Positions 37,137-47,110 of a stretch of DNA of 64,000 nucleotides are shown piece by piece. Every line of letters starts with the position of its first letter. Positions within the stretch are counted from its first letter, which is position 1. The stretch is from NCBI GenBank assembly GCA_040380025.1, contig JBEIJY010000007.1, positions 1 through 64,000 of the forward strand. Direction: 5' to 3'. The notes beneath the pieces are model-generated. The model searched no databases, was not told the origin of the DNA, and worked only from the letters and a program-made list of their open reading frames with translations. The translations under genes and the position numbers were made by a program. This DNA comes from Bdellovibrionales bacterium. Lineage in GTDB: Bacteria; Bdellovibrionota; UBA1018; CAIMNF01.

Positions 37137-37985
37137 ATGAGCATGGTGTATTTCATCCCGTCCTCGCAAAGAAAAATCGCTCTCGCAGCCGCCCAGGCCG
37201 AGGACGAACCCGTCCTCATCATCGGCGGAACCGGAACCGGAAAAGGCGCCCTCGCAAACTGGATCCACAAGAACAGTCCCCGTGCGGCCCAGACCTGCAT
37301 CCTCGCAACCCGGGAGCGTACCCTGGCCGAACAGATCCGGGAATGCAATGGGGGAACGCTGATCGTGGACGACATCGTGAACTACCCCATGGCCGAACAA
37401 ATGGTCATTCTGAATTTCTTGAAGACGAAGGCCGTGCACCAGACCCAAAAAGGAATGCCTGCCGTTCCCATGATCGCGAACGTGCGGATCATCGCGACCG
37501 CCGCTCCGCAGATCGACTCGCGCGCCCGCGCGGGAATGTTCAACGACGAGCTTTTGTTGCGACTGAGCAAGAATCGCATCGAGATGCCGAATCTCTCGGA
37601 GCGCCTGAACGAGTTCGAGGACATCGCGATGGGCATCTTGCAGGAAATCACGCAGGAACTGCACAAGGAATACATCAAGGGATTCTCCGAGACCGCATGG
37701 CGGAAGCTCCGTGACTATGACTGGCCCGGAAACCTCCGCGAGCTCCGAAACGTTCTTCGCATGGCGACGGTGGCGTGCGAATCCGAACGCGTCGAGATCA
37801 AGGACCTTCCCGACTTCGGTCACGACAAGATCGACTTTCAGGCCACGCGTTCCGAGTTCGAACGCATCTATTTGAGCGAGCTGCTGAAGAGCTTCAATCA
37901 CGACCTCGACAAGGTCGCGCGCGCGGCGCGGATGGAGCGAGTGGTTCTTCTCGAGAAGCTGAAGCTTCTCGGGCTCATGCACTGA
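37137..37985 (+). CDS. Atypical NtrC/Fis-type AAA+ transcriptional regulator
   Basis: Walker A GGTGTGKG, NVRIIAT, YDWPGNLRELRN and C-terminal Fis-like HTH; no GAFTGA and no N-terminal sensor domain. Confidence 0.85.
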   Translation: MSMVYFIPSSQRKIALAAAQAEDEPVLIIGGTGTGKGALANWIHKNSPRAAQTCILATRERTLAEQIRECNGGTLIVDDIVNYPMAEQMVILNFLKTKAVHQTQKGMPAVPMIANVRIIATAAPQIDSRARAGMFNDELLLRLSKNRIEMPNLSERLNEFEDIAMGILQEITQELHKEYIKGFSETAWRKLRDYDWPGNLRELRNVLRMATVACESERVEIKDLPDFGHDKIDFQATRSEFERIYLSELLKSFNHDLDKVARAARMERVVLLEKLKLLGLMH

Positions 37986-37992
37986 GACCGGC

Positions 37993-38523
37993 TCAGCCGG
38001 CTTTTTTCGTGCCCGGACGGGTGAATTTCCGGACTTCGCGCTCGCCCGATGCCATGAGCTTCAGCTGGTAGCGCTGATCGAACTTTCCGCCGGAGTGGCG
38101 GTTGCAACAAGCCGCGCAGGCGGCAACCGGAAATCGTTTTCTCACGAACACCCGCTGACCGCAGGTTCCGCACTCATAGCAATGCCGGAACGGCCGGTGT
38201 CTCGGCACCGGATTGTAGCGGCTCACGCCGAGTTCCTGCATTTTCTCGTAGAACAAGTGCGTGTGCCCGTAAGGAAGATTCTTGTGGAAGAGCCAGTAGT
38301 GGATCATCTCGTGCCCGAGCGTGTCGCGGATCAGCGCCTCCGCCTCCTTCTCTTCCCGAAGATAGGCCGCGATCTCGATGACACAAAGACCGGGATCGGG
38401 AATGAATCGTCCGGCCGTGCTTCGAAGCCGCGGATTCCACCGGACCTCGGGGAGCGGAAGCTCCCCTTTGAACGCGGATCCATTCCACTCTCTGAACATC
38501 CTGATCAGATCAAAGTCTCTCAT
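37993..38523 (-). CDS. SprT-like zinc metalloprotease
   Basis: WNPRLRSTAGRF, TLGHEMIH (HExxH), YGH..F, C-terminal CxxC...CxxC. Confidence 0.88.
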   Translation of the reverse strand: MRDFDLIRMFREWNGSAFKGELPLPEVRWNPRLRSTAGRFIPDPGLCVIEIAAYLREEKEAEALIRDTLGHEMIHYWLFHKNLPYGHTHLFYEKMQELGVSRYNPVPRHRPFRHCYECGTCGQRVFVRKRFPVAACAACCNRHSGGKFDQRYQLKLMASGEREVRKFTRPGTKKAG

Positions 38524-38595
38524 CCTGAAACAGGATAAGACATCCGGGTTTTTACACAATTGTAGTTTATTTGACTCGGCAAAACCTGCCCCGGA

Positions 38596-38611
38596 CGGCA
38601 CGGATCGTGCT
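38596..38611 (+). promoter_or_regulatory. Putative sigma54 (-24/-12) promoter
   Basis: CGGCACG-GATC-GTGCT with canonical spacing, AT-rich tract upstream, GGAGG SD and ATG 38640 downstream. Confidence 0.55.
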
Positions 38612-38639
38612 CGTCCTGCGTTGAACGGAGGAAGCCCCG

Positions 38640-39251
38640 ATGAAGCAGGCCTTTGCCATGATTGTGTTTTTTCTGCCCCTTTCCGCCACTGCCGAAGGGT
38701 TGACGGTCGCGTCCGAGTGGTCGACCGAGGCCCATCACCGTCTGATCCGGGCCGCGTTCGAGGGCGAATCCGGGGATTGCCTGGGACAAATCGAATCCGG
38801 AAGCGACGATGTCGACCGGCCCTCGAATCAGGGCCCGGGGAACTCCTATCTGCATGCGATGCGATCGCCCGACGAGACCGTCGAACAAGCGCGCTCGGCC
38901 ATGGCCCGCTTCGTACGCCGCGAGTACGAGATCGCCATTCGCATCGCAAGGGAATCGCGCGATCCGGATCCGATTCCCCTGCTGCAGTCTTGTTTTCATC
39001 GGGGCAGGGCGCTTCATCCGATGATGGACATCACCTCACCCGCGCATGCGGGATTCCGGATCTGGTCCCCTTGGAACATTCTCGAAATGCTCCGTCACGG
39101 ATCGTTCCTGACCTCGATCGAAGATGCCGAAGATCTCCTTCAAAGTCCCGACCGCTTCAAAAAAACCATCGGTCTCATGCGGGCGGTGGATCAGGTGTAC
39201 CGAAAACTCGGATTTCTGGATTTCCTGTTCGACGGATCCGACTCACACTGA
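38640..39251 (+). CDS. Secreted hypothetical protein, possible Zn-dependent PLC/nuclease-like fold
   Basis: Signal peptide; WSTEAHH, DDVD, YLHAMR, GRALHPMMDITSPAH. Confidence 0.6.
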   Translation: MKQAFAMIVFFLPLSATAEGLTVASEWSTEAHHRLIRAAFEGESGDCLGQIESGSDDVDRPSNQGPGNSYLHAMRSPDETVEQARSAMARFVRREYEIAIRIARESRDPDPIPLLQSCFHRGRALHPMMDITSPAHAGFRIWSPWNILEMLRHGSFLTSIEDAEDLLQSPDRFKKTIGLMRAVDQVYRKLGFLDFLFDGSDSH

Positions 39252-41690
39252 GAACCGGACAAGCGTCGCGCCGCCGCTTCCCGCGTCCTGATACACAGCC
39301 ACGTAATTCGTGGTCTTCAGGAGCGAGCGCACCCCCTCACGGAGGGCGCCGGTTCCGAGTCCATGAACGATCGTCACCTCGTTCTTGCCTGCTCGGAATG
39401 CGCGATCGAGATACCCCGAAACCTCCCGCATCGCGTCTTCGAGGCGCTGGCCCCGAAGGTCGATCTGATCGGCGACGGGACCGGGATCGGCCGCCTGCAC
39501 GGTCACGTTTTTTCTGATCTGGCCCGATTGTCCCGCCCGGACTCCGAGAACGGTCCGTTTCTCGAGTTCAGAGAGGGGCTCCATCTCGGCCGGATACACG
39601 GTCACCACGAAGGCCTTTCCGAGGCCCCCGCCTCCCGTTCCGGCTCCGAGAGCCACACGGGCTCTCTTGCCGTCCCACTCTACGATTTCGCCGACGTTCT
39701 TCCACTTCGGGACCCGGACCCACTGCCCGGTATGGAACTCCACCACGACCGAGGGAATCGGGGCGTCGCCGCCGATCGCATCGAGCAGCTCGGGCGAGGC
39801 CTCGCCGATCGAAGCATCGAGGCGTTTTTCGCCGGACTGAAACACCTCGTTCAATTCTTCTCTCACCTCGTCCAGGGTCTTGCCGCTCCGGCCGGATTGG
39901 ATTTTTTTCAGGGTCTCGCGGACTTCGATCTGCGCCATCTCGAGCACATGCTTCAGTTTCTGCCGCGCTTTTTCGAGCGATTCATTCACCGTGCTCCGGA
40001 CGCGTTCCTCCCACTCGAGCTTGAGCTTTGCCGCCTCTTCCTTCATCTGGGCCGCCTCGCGATGGGCTTTTTCGACCGTACCGAGACGCTCCTGCAATTG
40101 CTGGAGCACCGATTCGACGATCTCGTGCTCTTTCGAAAGATGGGTCTTCGCAAGATCGAGCACGGCCTTCGGGATTCCGAGCCGCTCAGCGGTTTCGAGC
40201 GCGCGCGACCTTCCGGGCGCGCCGAACACCACCCGATACGTGGGCTTCAGGGTCTCTTCGTCAAACACAATGCTGGCACTCAGGACTCTTCGATCGGACA
40301 GCCCCATGGCCTTCAGTTTCGGGTCATGGGTGGTTGCGACCAGAACCGCACCCTCGACCTCGAGCACGGTCTTCACGAAAGCAAGGGCGAGCGCCGCCCC
40401 CTCCTCGGGATCGGTGGCCGAGTTCATCTCGTCGATCAGGACAAGGCTCCCGGGGCCGATGTTCTCGAGAATGCGCTTCATCTTGAGCACATGGCCCGAG
40501 AAGGACGAGATGTGCTCCTCGATCGATTGCGGATCGCCGAGATCGATGAAAAAAGAATCGAAGAACGGAACCTGGATTTTCCCCGTGCCGGGATAGAAGA
40601 AACCGGTGCGGGCGCAGATCGCAGAAAGTCCCAAGGTCTTCAGGAGCACGGTTTTCCCGCCGGTATTGGGACCCGACAGGAGAATCATCTGCCGGCCCTC
40701 TTCGAGTTCGATCGTGTTGCGGACGATCTCCTGCTCGGGAAGATTCCAGAAGAGCACGGGATTCGCCGTCTCCTGAAGCATCCACTCGCGGGCCTCGCTG
40801 ATCGCAACGGGTCTGCCGCCGTAGCGCTTCGCGATCCGCGCGCGCGCCTGCACGGCATCCCAGTAGCCGATCACCCCGACCGAGGCGGTGATCGGATCCG
40901 AATACGGCTGGAGTTCGCGCGAAACGGCCGTCAGGATCACGAAGATCTCCTGGCTGATTTCGGCCTCGATCCGCCGGAGCCGGGACTGGAGTTGCTCCAC
41001 TTCGGCGGGCTCGATGAACACAGTCTGGCGGCTCACCGAGAATTCGGCCACCCGGCCCTCGACCTTGCTTTGATCCGACACCCGGACCGGGAGCACATAC
41101 CGCCCGTCGCGCACATCCGAATAGTTCTCTTGCAAGACCCCCTTCGATTCGTACTCCCGAAGAAGCGAGTCCATTTTGCTTCCGATCTCACGGCGGAGAT
41201 CGCGCGCCTGCGAAAGAAGGGAGCCGAGCTTGGAGGAGGCCTTTTCAGAGAGCTCGCCCGCCGGAGTCAGCACGCGGTCGAGCGTTCGCAGACAATCGTG
41301 CGGAGAGAAAAGCGAAAGGAGCGCGCCCTTGAAGAACTTGCCGGCCAGCTCTTTCGGAAAATGTCCCCAGGAGTCCATCGCGTACAACCAGGACCGGATC
41401 CGCACGAGCGCCGCGACCTCGAGAATCGATCCGCGCTCGAGATTCTCCAGATCCTCGTCCACCGGAAGAAGCCCGAGGAGCGGACCCCAGAGGGCCGATC
41501 GCTCGAGAATCTGCGCCATTTCGGCGGTCTCGGCCTGAAGCTCGCGGGCCCGGGCCGGAGTCGGTGCGAACGAATCCACCGCACCGAGCGCGAGAATGCG
41601 CGCTTTTCCGTACGGTGTGCGTGCCTCGCCCGAGGCAAGATCCAGAAGTTTCGGCCAGTCGAGATCTTCGAAGGGTGCGCGGGAATTCAT
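39243..41690 (-). CDS. mutS2: Endonuclease MutS2 (with Smr domain)
   Basis: RDGRYVLPV, SGPNTGGKT, DLGDPQSIEEHISSFSGH, LIDEMNSATDPEEG, C-terminal IDLRG...IVHGLGTGALR. Confidence 0.92.
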   Translation of the reverse strand: MNSRAPFEDLDWPKLLDLASGEARTPYGKARILALGAVDSFAPTPARARELQAETAEMAQILERSALWGPLLGLLPVDEDLENLERGSILEVAALVRIRSWLYAMDSWGHFPKELAGKFFKGALLSLFSPHDCLRTLDRVLTPAGELSEKASSKLGSLLSQARDLRREIGSKMDSLLREYESKGVLQENYSDVRDGRYVLPVRVSDQSKVEGRVAEFSVSRQTVFIEPAEVEQLQSRLRRIEAEISQEIFVILTAVSRELQPYSDPITASVGVIGYWDAVQARARIAKRYGGRPVAISEAREWMLQETANPVLFWNLPEQEIVRNTIELEEGRQMILLSGPNTGGKTVLLKTLGLSAICARTGFFYPGTGKIQVPFFDSFFIDLGDPQSIEEHISSFSGHVLKMKRILENIGPGSLVLIDEMNSATDPEEGAALALAFVKTVLEVEGAVLVATTHDPKLKAMGLSDRRVLSASIVFDEETLKPTYRVVFGAPGRSRALETAERLGIPKAVLDLAKTHLSKEHEIVESVLQQLQERLGTVEKAHREAAQMKEEAAKLKLEWEERVRSTVNESLEKARQKLKHVLEMAQIEVRETLKKIQSGRSGKTLDEVREELNEVFQSGEKRLDASIGEASPELLDAIGGDAPIPSVVVEFHTGQWVRVPKWKNVGEIVEWDGKRARVALGAGTGGGGLGKAFVVTVYPAEMEPLSELEKRTVLGVRAGQSGQIRKNVTVQAADPGPVADQIDLRGQRLEDAMREVSGYLDRAFRAGKNEVTIVHGLGTGALREGVRSLLKTTNYVAVYQDAGSGGATLVRFSV

Positions 41691-42136
41691 CGAGGCAAAA
41701 GATAGCACGAGAAGCGCCGGAGCGCACCCCGCTGGGCTTCGAAACCGATCCGGCGCTCCGCCTCTTCGATCGAAACCCATTCGAAAGCCTCGTGCTCGCC
41801 CGGGTCGAGGGCGGGACTGCTCTCGACCGGAAGAATGAATCCGAATGCGTGTTCTTCGGCGGGCCCGAAACGGCCCTGAAAGCGATGGGAGAACCGAAGA
41901 TCGATCCACTCCCCTTGCTCGGGGCGGAAGCCGGTCTCCTCACAGAGCTCGCGCTTCGCTCCTTCGGCAAACGATTCCCCCGGATCGACTCCGCCGGTCA
42001 CGGGATGCCAGCCGCCCCCACGCTTTCCGATCACCCGAAAAAGCAGGATCCGCGGCTCTCCGCGGGCATCTCCGCCTGCGTCCGGGGCGGCGCGGACACC
42101 GATCCAGACCTGGGCTTTTTCAGATCGGTTCGACAA
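41687..42136 (-). CDS. NUDIX hydrolase
   Basis: Nudix box GGVDPGESFAEGAKRELCEETG, EHEAFEW; TTG start is uncertain. Confidence 0.85.
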   Translation of the reverse strand: MSNRSEKAQVWIGVRAAPDAGGDARGEPRILLFRVIGKRGGGWHPVTGGVDPGESFAEGAKRELCEETGFRPEQGEWIDLRFSHRFQGRFGPAEEHAFGFILPVESSPALDPGEHEAFEWVSIEEAERRIGFEAQRGALRRFSCYLLPR

Positions 42137-43349
42137 AATCCAGATCCTTTCCGAAACTCTCGCGGAGTCCGCGAAGCGAAACGAGCGCCACCGCGAACAC
42201 AACGACCGCAACGGCAAGGGTCGCTCCGGTGAGCCCGAGGGAGGGTTTCAGGCCCAATACCGCGAAATTCATCGGCACGAGCGAGAATCGAATGAAGTTC
42301 GGCACCGAGGTCGCCACCGTCGCACGCAGATTCGTTCCGAACTGCTCGGCCGCGATCGTACACACCACGGCCCAATAGCCCGCGGTGGTGCCGAGCAAAA
42401 AGCACACGAAATAAAGCATCGATGCGGTCGCGTCCTTCATGCCAAGGAGGTAAAACAGCGTGACCATCGAATTCATCGTGATCGACACGAGCACTGCCCG
42501 GTTCCGGCTCTTCATCCACTGGCTCAGGAACCCGAAAGCGAAATCGCCCACGGTGAAACCGGCGTAACTCGCCATCACCGCGCGGGCCGAAAGCACCTCA
42601 CCCCGGATGCCGAAAATCCCGGCGAATTCCGGCGCGTTCGTCACCAGAACTCCGATCGTGAGCCAGATCGGAACCCCGATCAGGATCGAGAGCGCAAAAC
42701 GCTGGAAGCGATCCTTCGAGGTGAAGATCGCGAAGAAATTCCCGCGGCTCACGGACCCTTTGCGGGCCCGCTCGAAAATCCCCGATTCATGGACGCCGAT
42801 TCGCAGGAGCAACAAAAGAAACCCGAGCACACCGCCGATTTTGAATGCGGTCCTCCAGTCGAACACCTGCGCGACCCAGCCACCCACGATGGCGCCGGTC
42901 ACCCCCACGGTGGCGACGATCATGGTTCCGTATCCGCGGATGGACGGGTGCAGGACCTCGGACACGAGCGTGATTCCCGCACCGAGTTCGCCGGCAAGAC
43001 CGAGCCCCGAAAAAAACCGGCAAAACGCATATTCGGTGTAGGTGGTGGCGAAGCCATTCAAGAAATTTCCGAGGGAGTACAAAAAAATCGACCCGAACAG
43101 CACCGAAAGGCGCCCCTTGCGATCCCCGAGGACGCCCCAGAGGATCCCTCCGAGCATGAGTCCGGTCATTTGAATATTGCTCAGGGACGCACCGACCTCG
43201 AGTTCCCTTCCCTCGAATCCGATCGAACGGAGGCTTTCGACCCGCACGATGCTGAACAAAAGCAGGTCATAAATGTCGACGAAGTACCCGAGGGCCGCGA
43301 CGATGACTGCGGCATTCCAGAGAGAACGCTTCGACCGCACCCCCGACAT
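42120..43349 (-). CDS. MFS transporter
   Basis: GYFVDIYDL, GVLGDRKGR motif A, RFFSGLGLAGE, AEQFGTNLRAT; about 12 TM. Confidence 0.92.
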   Translation of the reverse strand: MSGVRSKRSLWNAAVIVAALGYFVDIYDLLLFSIVRVESLRSIGFEGRELEVGASLSNIQMTGLMLGGILWGVLGDRKGRLSVLFGSIFLYSLGNFLNGFATTYTEYAFCRFFSGLGLAGELGAGITLVSEVLHPSIRGYGTMIVATVGVTGAIVGGWVAQVFDWRTAFKIGGVLGFLLLLLRIGVHESGIFERARKGSVSRGNFFAIFTSKDRFQRFALSILIGVPIWLTIGVLVTNAPEFAGIFGIRGEVLSARAVMASYAGFTVGDFAFGFLSQWMKSRNRAVLVSITMNSMVTLFYLLGMKDATASMLYFVCFLLGTTAGYWAVVCTIAAEQFGTNLRATVATSVPNFIRFSLVPMNFAVLGLKPSLGLTGATLAVAVVVFAVALVSLRGLRESFGKDLDFVEPI

Positions 43350-43353
43350 GGGA

Positions 43354-45324
43354 CTATTTCGCAGCCCGGGCGAGCCAGTCGCCCATGATGTTCAGCGCCT
43401 CTTGCACCCGCGGATCCTTGAGCCAGAGTTGCTTCCGGCCCTCCACCGTGGCCGAGAGATCCTTCCGTTCTTTCTTCTTGTCTTTGTCCTTGCCCGAACG
43501 CTTCAGGATGTCGGCCACTTTGATCCAGCCCTCGTTCTTCTTGGTTTCCTCGAGATCCTTCTGGATCTCCTTGAACTCTTCATTCTGCGAGATGCGTTTC
43601 GTGGAGCGTTCCTTCAGGTAGCGGACCAGATCCTCGCCGACGGGTTTCCACTCCTCGGCCGGAGCCTTGCCCCGCGCGAGTTCCATCGACAAAAACGGCG
43701 TGGTTTTGGCCGGAGGAAGGGCGTAATCCATGTAACGCTCGCCCAAATCATCGAGATCCAGATACGTCGGCATCGAGATGTCGGAATCGACGCCTCCGAA
43801 CTGGGTCGAGACCCCTCCGGGCAAATAGAACATCTGGGTCGTGAACTTCATCGCACCGAGCTTGAACGGGAGAGGATTCAGCACCTGGACACTGCCCTTT
43901 CCGAAGGTGTGATCCCCGCCCACGATCAGGGCCCGGCGGTAATCTTTCATCGCACCGGCCAGGATCTCGGATGCCGAGGCGCTCTGCCGGGTGGTCAGAA
44001 TCATGAAGGGACCGGTGAACAGAACCCGCTCGTCATCGTCGGCCAGAACCTCACGACTGCCTTTTCCGTCCTGGGTGGCGACCACTCCGCCTGTCTTGAT
44101 GAACAAACCCGCGATCCGGACCGCATCCTGCAAAAGTCCTCCGCCGTTCGACGAAAGATCGAGGATCATCCCGTCGACCTTTTTGGCGCGGGCCTCCTCC
44201 ACGATGCGTTTCATGTCCTCGTAGCAGTTCCGGGAGTTTTTCTCGGATCCGCCATAGAACGAGGGAAGCTCCACGACCGCGATGGTGTGGTTCTTTCCGT
44301 CGATCTTGCGGGTCTGGTAATCGACCTTCGCGGCCTGCTCCTTCATGTCGACCTTGTCGCGGACGAGGGTGACGTGGAAGGTCTCGGACTTCGAACCCGC
44401 GGCGCGGACCACCGTCAGACTCACGCGGGTGCCCTTTTTTCCGCGGATCATCTTCACCACATCCGAGAGATCCATGTCGACGATGTTCACCGGCTCCTGC
44501 TTGTCCTGGCCGACCGCGATGATCTTGTCCTTCGGCCGAAGCGCCGATGCCCGGTCGGCGCTTCCGCCCGGGATGATTTCCTGCACCACCGTGTAGCCGT
44601 CATCCGAACTGAGCGACACCCCGATCCCCTCGAGTGAGAGACCCATGCTGATCCGGAACTCGTCGAGCTGTTCGGGCGAGAGATAGTCCGAGTGGGGATC
44701 GAGCGCGTGCGCGAAAGACTCGGCGAACAGCGTGACCATCTTTCCCGGATTCAACTCGCGCGAGCGCTTGACCGAAAGCGTGTAGCGCTTGACGAGTTGC
44801 TCTTTCGCCTTCGGGAGCTTCACATCGCCGGCGGTGATCGTGGCGATCTGGGTATGGACGGCCGCCTCGATCAAAGCGCGTTTCTGGATGGGATCGAGCG
44901 GATGCTCCCGTTTTTTCGAATCGGTCTGATACCGGATCTCCTCATTGATCTTGAAGTCCCCGCGCAAAGTGTCTTCGACGATTTTCAGATTCTCGCCAGC
45001 CCGCTCCACGAGGAGCTTTCCGATGTCGGCGAGCGGACCGCAGTTCCCCGCATCCATGCCGGATTTCAAGAACAGACCGTTCAACTGCGCGGTCATCTGG
45101 TCGATGTCCTTGCGGTAGAAGATCTGCTTGTTCGGATCGAGAAATTTCAAGAACAGCGTCACGGTCCTTTTCTTCACCTCATCGTTCAGCTGATTCACCG
45201 AAAGATGATTGCCCAAGAACACGTTCATGAGCGAGGGAACCTGTTCGCATTTCAGTGTCTGGGCGGAGGCCGCACCCGAAAGCACCAGCGAAAGAGAAAG
45301 GACCAATGCAGGGAGGTTTCTCAT
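43354..45324 (-). CDS. Carboxy-terminal processing (tail-specific) protease, S41 family
   Basis: LDPHSDY, PDZ (LEGIG), DLSSNGGG, SASASEILAG, TFGKGSVQ; signal peptide. Confidence 0.93.
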   Translation of the reverse strand: MRNLPALVLSLSLVLSGAASAQTLKCEQVPSLMNVFLGNHLSVNQLNDEVKKRTVTLFLKFLDPNKQIFYRKDIDQMTAQLNGLFLKSGMDAGNCGPLADIGKLLVERAGENLKIVEDTLRGDFKINEEIRYQTDSKKREHPLDPIQKRALIEAAVHTQIATITAGDVKLPKAKEQLVKRYTLSVKRSRELNPGKMVTLFAESFAHALDPHSDYLSPEQLDEFRISMGLSLEGIGVSLSSDDGYTVVQEIIPGGSADRASALRPKDKIIAVGQDKQEPVNIVDMDLSDVVKMIRGKKGTRVSLTVVRAAGSKSETFHVTLVRDKVDMKEQAAKVDYQTRKIDGKNHTIAVVELPSFYGGSEKNSRNCYEDMKRIVEEARAKKVDGMILDLSSNGGGLLQDAVRIAGLFIKTGGVVATQDGKGSREVLADDDERVLFTGPFMILTTRQSASASEILAGAMKDYRRALIVGGDHTFGKGSVQVLNPLPFKLGAMKFTTQMFYLPGGVSTQFGGVDSDISMPTYLDLDDLGERYMDYALPPAKTTPFLSMELARGKAPAEEWKPVGEDLVRYLKERSTKRISQNEEFKEIQKDLEETKKNEGWIKVADILKRSGKDKDKKKERKDLSATVEGRKQLWLKDPRVQEALNIMGDWLARAAK

Positions 45325-45352
45325 AGAGTCTCAGTTTCTTCTGTTTCCGGGC

Positions 45353-46918
45353 TTACCGCAAGATTTCCGTAAGCACCCGTCCCTCGGACTGCGAAGGAGG
45401 GAGGACCTCGAGAACCCGCGAAAGCGTCGGAGCGATGTCGGTGACGTTCACCGTTTGACGGTACGTCCCGGGCTTGAAGGTCTTACCATAAAACACCAAG
45501 GGAACGTAGCGGTCGTACGAGTAAAAGGTCATGTGGGTGATCGGGTACGTATCGCTGTAGTGAAAGGGCTTGAGCACCACGACCAAATCCCCGCTCCGGC
45601 GGGTGAGCGTCCGGTCGGCGACAATCCCGTACTCCCCGGCCGGAACTTTTCGTTCATACAGGATGTCGTCCCTGGCCCAAACCTGGTCGACGAATCGTTC
45701 CTTCAAGAGAGCCTCCCGCACCGGTTTCAGCGCCTGGGCCGGCGTGATTCCGGCGGACTTCATCGCCTCTCCGTTCAAATAGACCTGGAACTCCACAGTC
45801 GAGTCGACCCATTTGCCGCCCTTCGGTTTTCCGAACGCATCGCTCATGGCCTTCTCGATCAGACGGGGCAGTTCGTCCACCGGGACATTCTCGGAGGCGA
45901 CCCGGTCCTTGGGAAGGTTGCCGGGAGGAATGCCGTGGTCGCCGGTCAGCACCACGAAAACGTCCTTCAGCCCGCCCGGGACTTTCTTGGCAAGGGCATT
46001 CAGGAATTCCGAAATCAGCCGGTCTTCGGCAAGGGTCATCGCCTCCATGTCGGGGTGGTTCGGCCCGATCTGATGGCCGAGGTAATCGTGGCTCGACAAG
46101 CTCACCAGCAGGAGGTCGGTGTCTTTTCCCTGCCCGAGCTTCAGACCCTCGGCCGCGGCGAGCGCCATGCGGAAGGTCTCTTCGATGCCCCACGGAGCAC
46201 GCAGGGAATCCTTCGAGCAGATTTCGATTCCTTTTTTGGAACCGAAGTCGAATTTTTTTCCTTTTTCGGTTTTGAGGCGCTCATTCTCGCGAAGCGCGAA
46301 ATCCGGAAGCTTCGTAAGGAAGAACTCGCTGGAGATCCACTCGCATCGCTTCTCGTCGAACCAGAGCGTGTAATCCGTGCGTTTGCCTCCGAGCAGAATG
46401 GAGGCGCGATCCTTGACCGCCACACTCACGATCCGGGAGGGGCGATCGACGTTCTTGATCTCATCCCCCACCGTGCTGGCATTGAAACCCCGGGGCGAAA
46501 CCCCGATTTTTTTCGGGTCCGCGATCACCCCGTCCGAGCCGACGAGCCGGGTTTGCTCGTCCTCGACGCAATACACTTCCTTCTTTTTTTCGCGATCAAA
46601 CCAGGTGTTCGTCGAGATGCCATGCCGGTACGGATACGCTCCCGAAAGGATCGCCGCATGCCCGGGACCGGTCATGTCCTGCAGAAGTCCGTGATCCGCG
46701 AGCGGAAAATACGCGCCGTTTTCGACCAAAAATCGATACCCCTTGCCCGATCCGCCCGCGGGCCGGAAGCGGTCCTTGAACCGCATGAGGTAATCGGCGC
46801 GGAACTGGTCCACCACCAGAACCACTCCCAGTCGATAGGAGCTGCCGGCCTGCGCGACGCCCGCCGACCAGAACAAAGACAGCAACAACGCTTTGAAAAT
46901 CCAAGAATTTTTGATCAT
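45353..46918 (-). CDS. PafA-like alkaline phosphatase / nucleotide pyrophosphatase family protein
   Basis: VVDQFRADY, TGPGHA, KDRASIL, DYLGHQIGP, TGDHG, YDRYVPL, DIAPTL. Confidence 0.9.
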   Translation of the reverse strand: MIKNSWIFKALLLSLFWSAGVAQAGSSYRLGVVLVVDQFRADYLMRFKDRFRPAGGSGKGYRFLVENGAYFPLADHGLLQDMTGPGHAAILSGAYPYRHGISTNTWFDREKKKEVYCVEDEQTRLVGSDGVIADPKKIGVSPRGFNASTVGDEIKNVDRPSRIVSVAVKDRASILLGGKRTDYTLWFDEKRCEWISSEFFLTKLPDFALRENERLKTEKGKKFDFGSKKGIEICSKDSLRAPWGIEETFRMALAAAEGLKLGQGKDTDLLLVSLSSHDYLGHQIGPNHPDMEAMTLAEDRLISEFLNALAKKVPGGLKDVFVVLTGDHGIPPGNLPKDRVASENVPVDELPRLIEKAMSDAFGKPKGGKWVDSTVEFQVYLNGEAMKSAGITPAQALKPVREALLKERFVDQVWARDDILYERKVPAGEYGIVADRTLTRRSGDLVVVLKPFHYSDTYPITHMTFYSYDRYVPLVFYGKTFKPGTYRQTVNVTDIAPTLSRVLEVLPPSQSEGRVLTEILR

Positions 46919-46983
46919 GAGGCCGTTTTAATCCTGCGGGTCGGATCCGATCAAGGGAATTGCGTGCGTCCCGTCCCGATCGA

Positions 46984-47015
46984 TTAAACAAAAATAATTT
47001 ACTTTTATTGTTTAA
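46984..47015. promoter_or_regulatory. AT-rich inverted repeat (candidate operator) in divergent promoter region
   Basis: TTAAACAA-N16-TTGTTTAA between the phosphatase and protease genes. Confidence 0.4.
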
Positions 47016-47110
47016 ACCGAATCCATTTAATGCTATTCGATCCAACTACGGACACCAGGTCCGGGGACCAGGCCCGAAAAGGCCGGAAACAGAAAGGGAA
47101 GGCCGCACGC

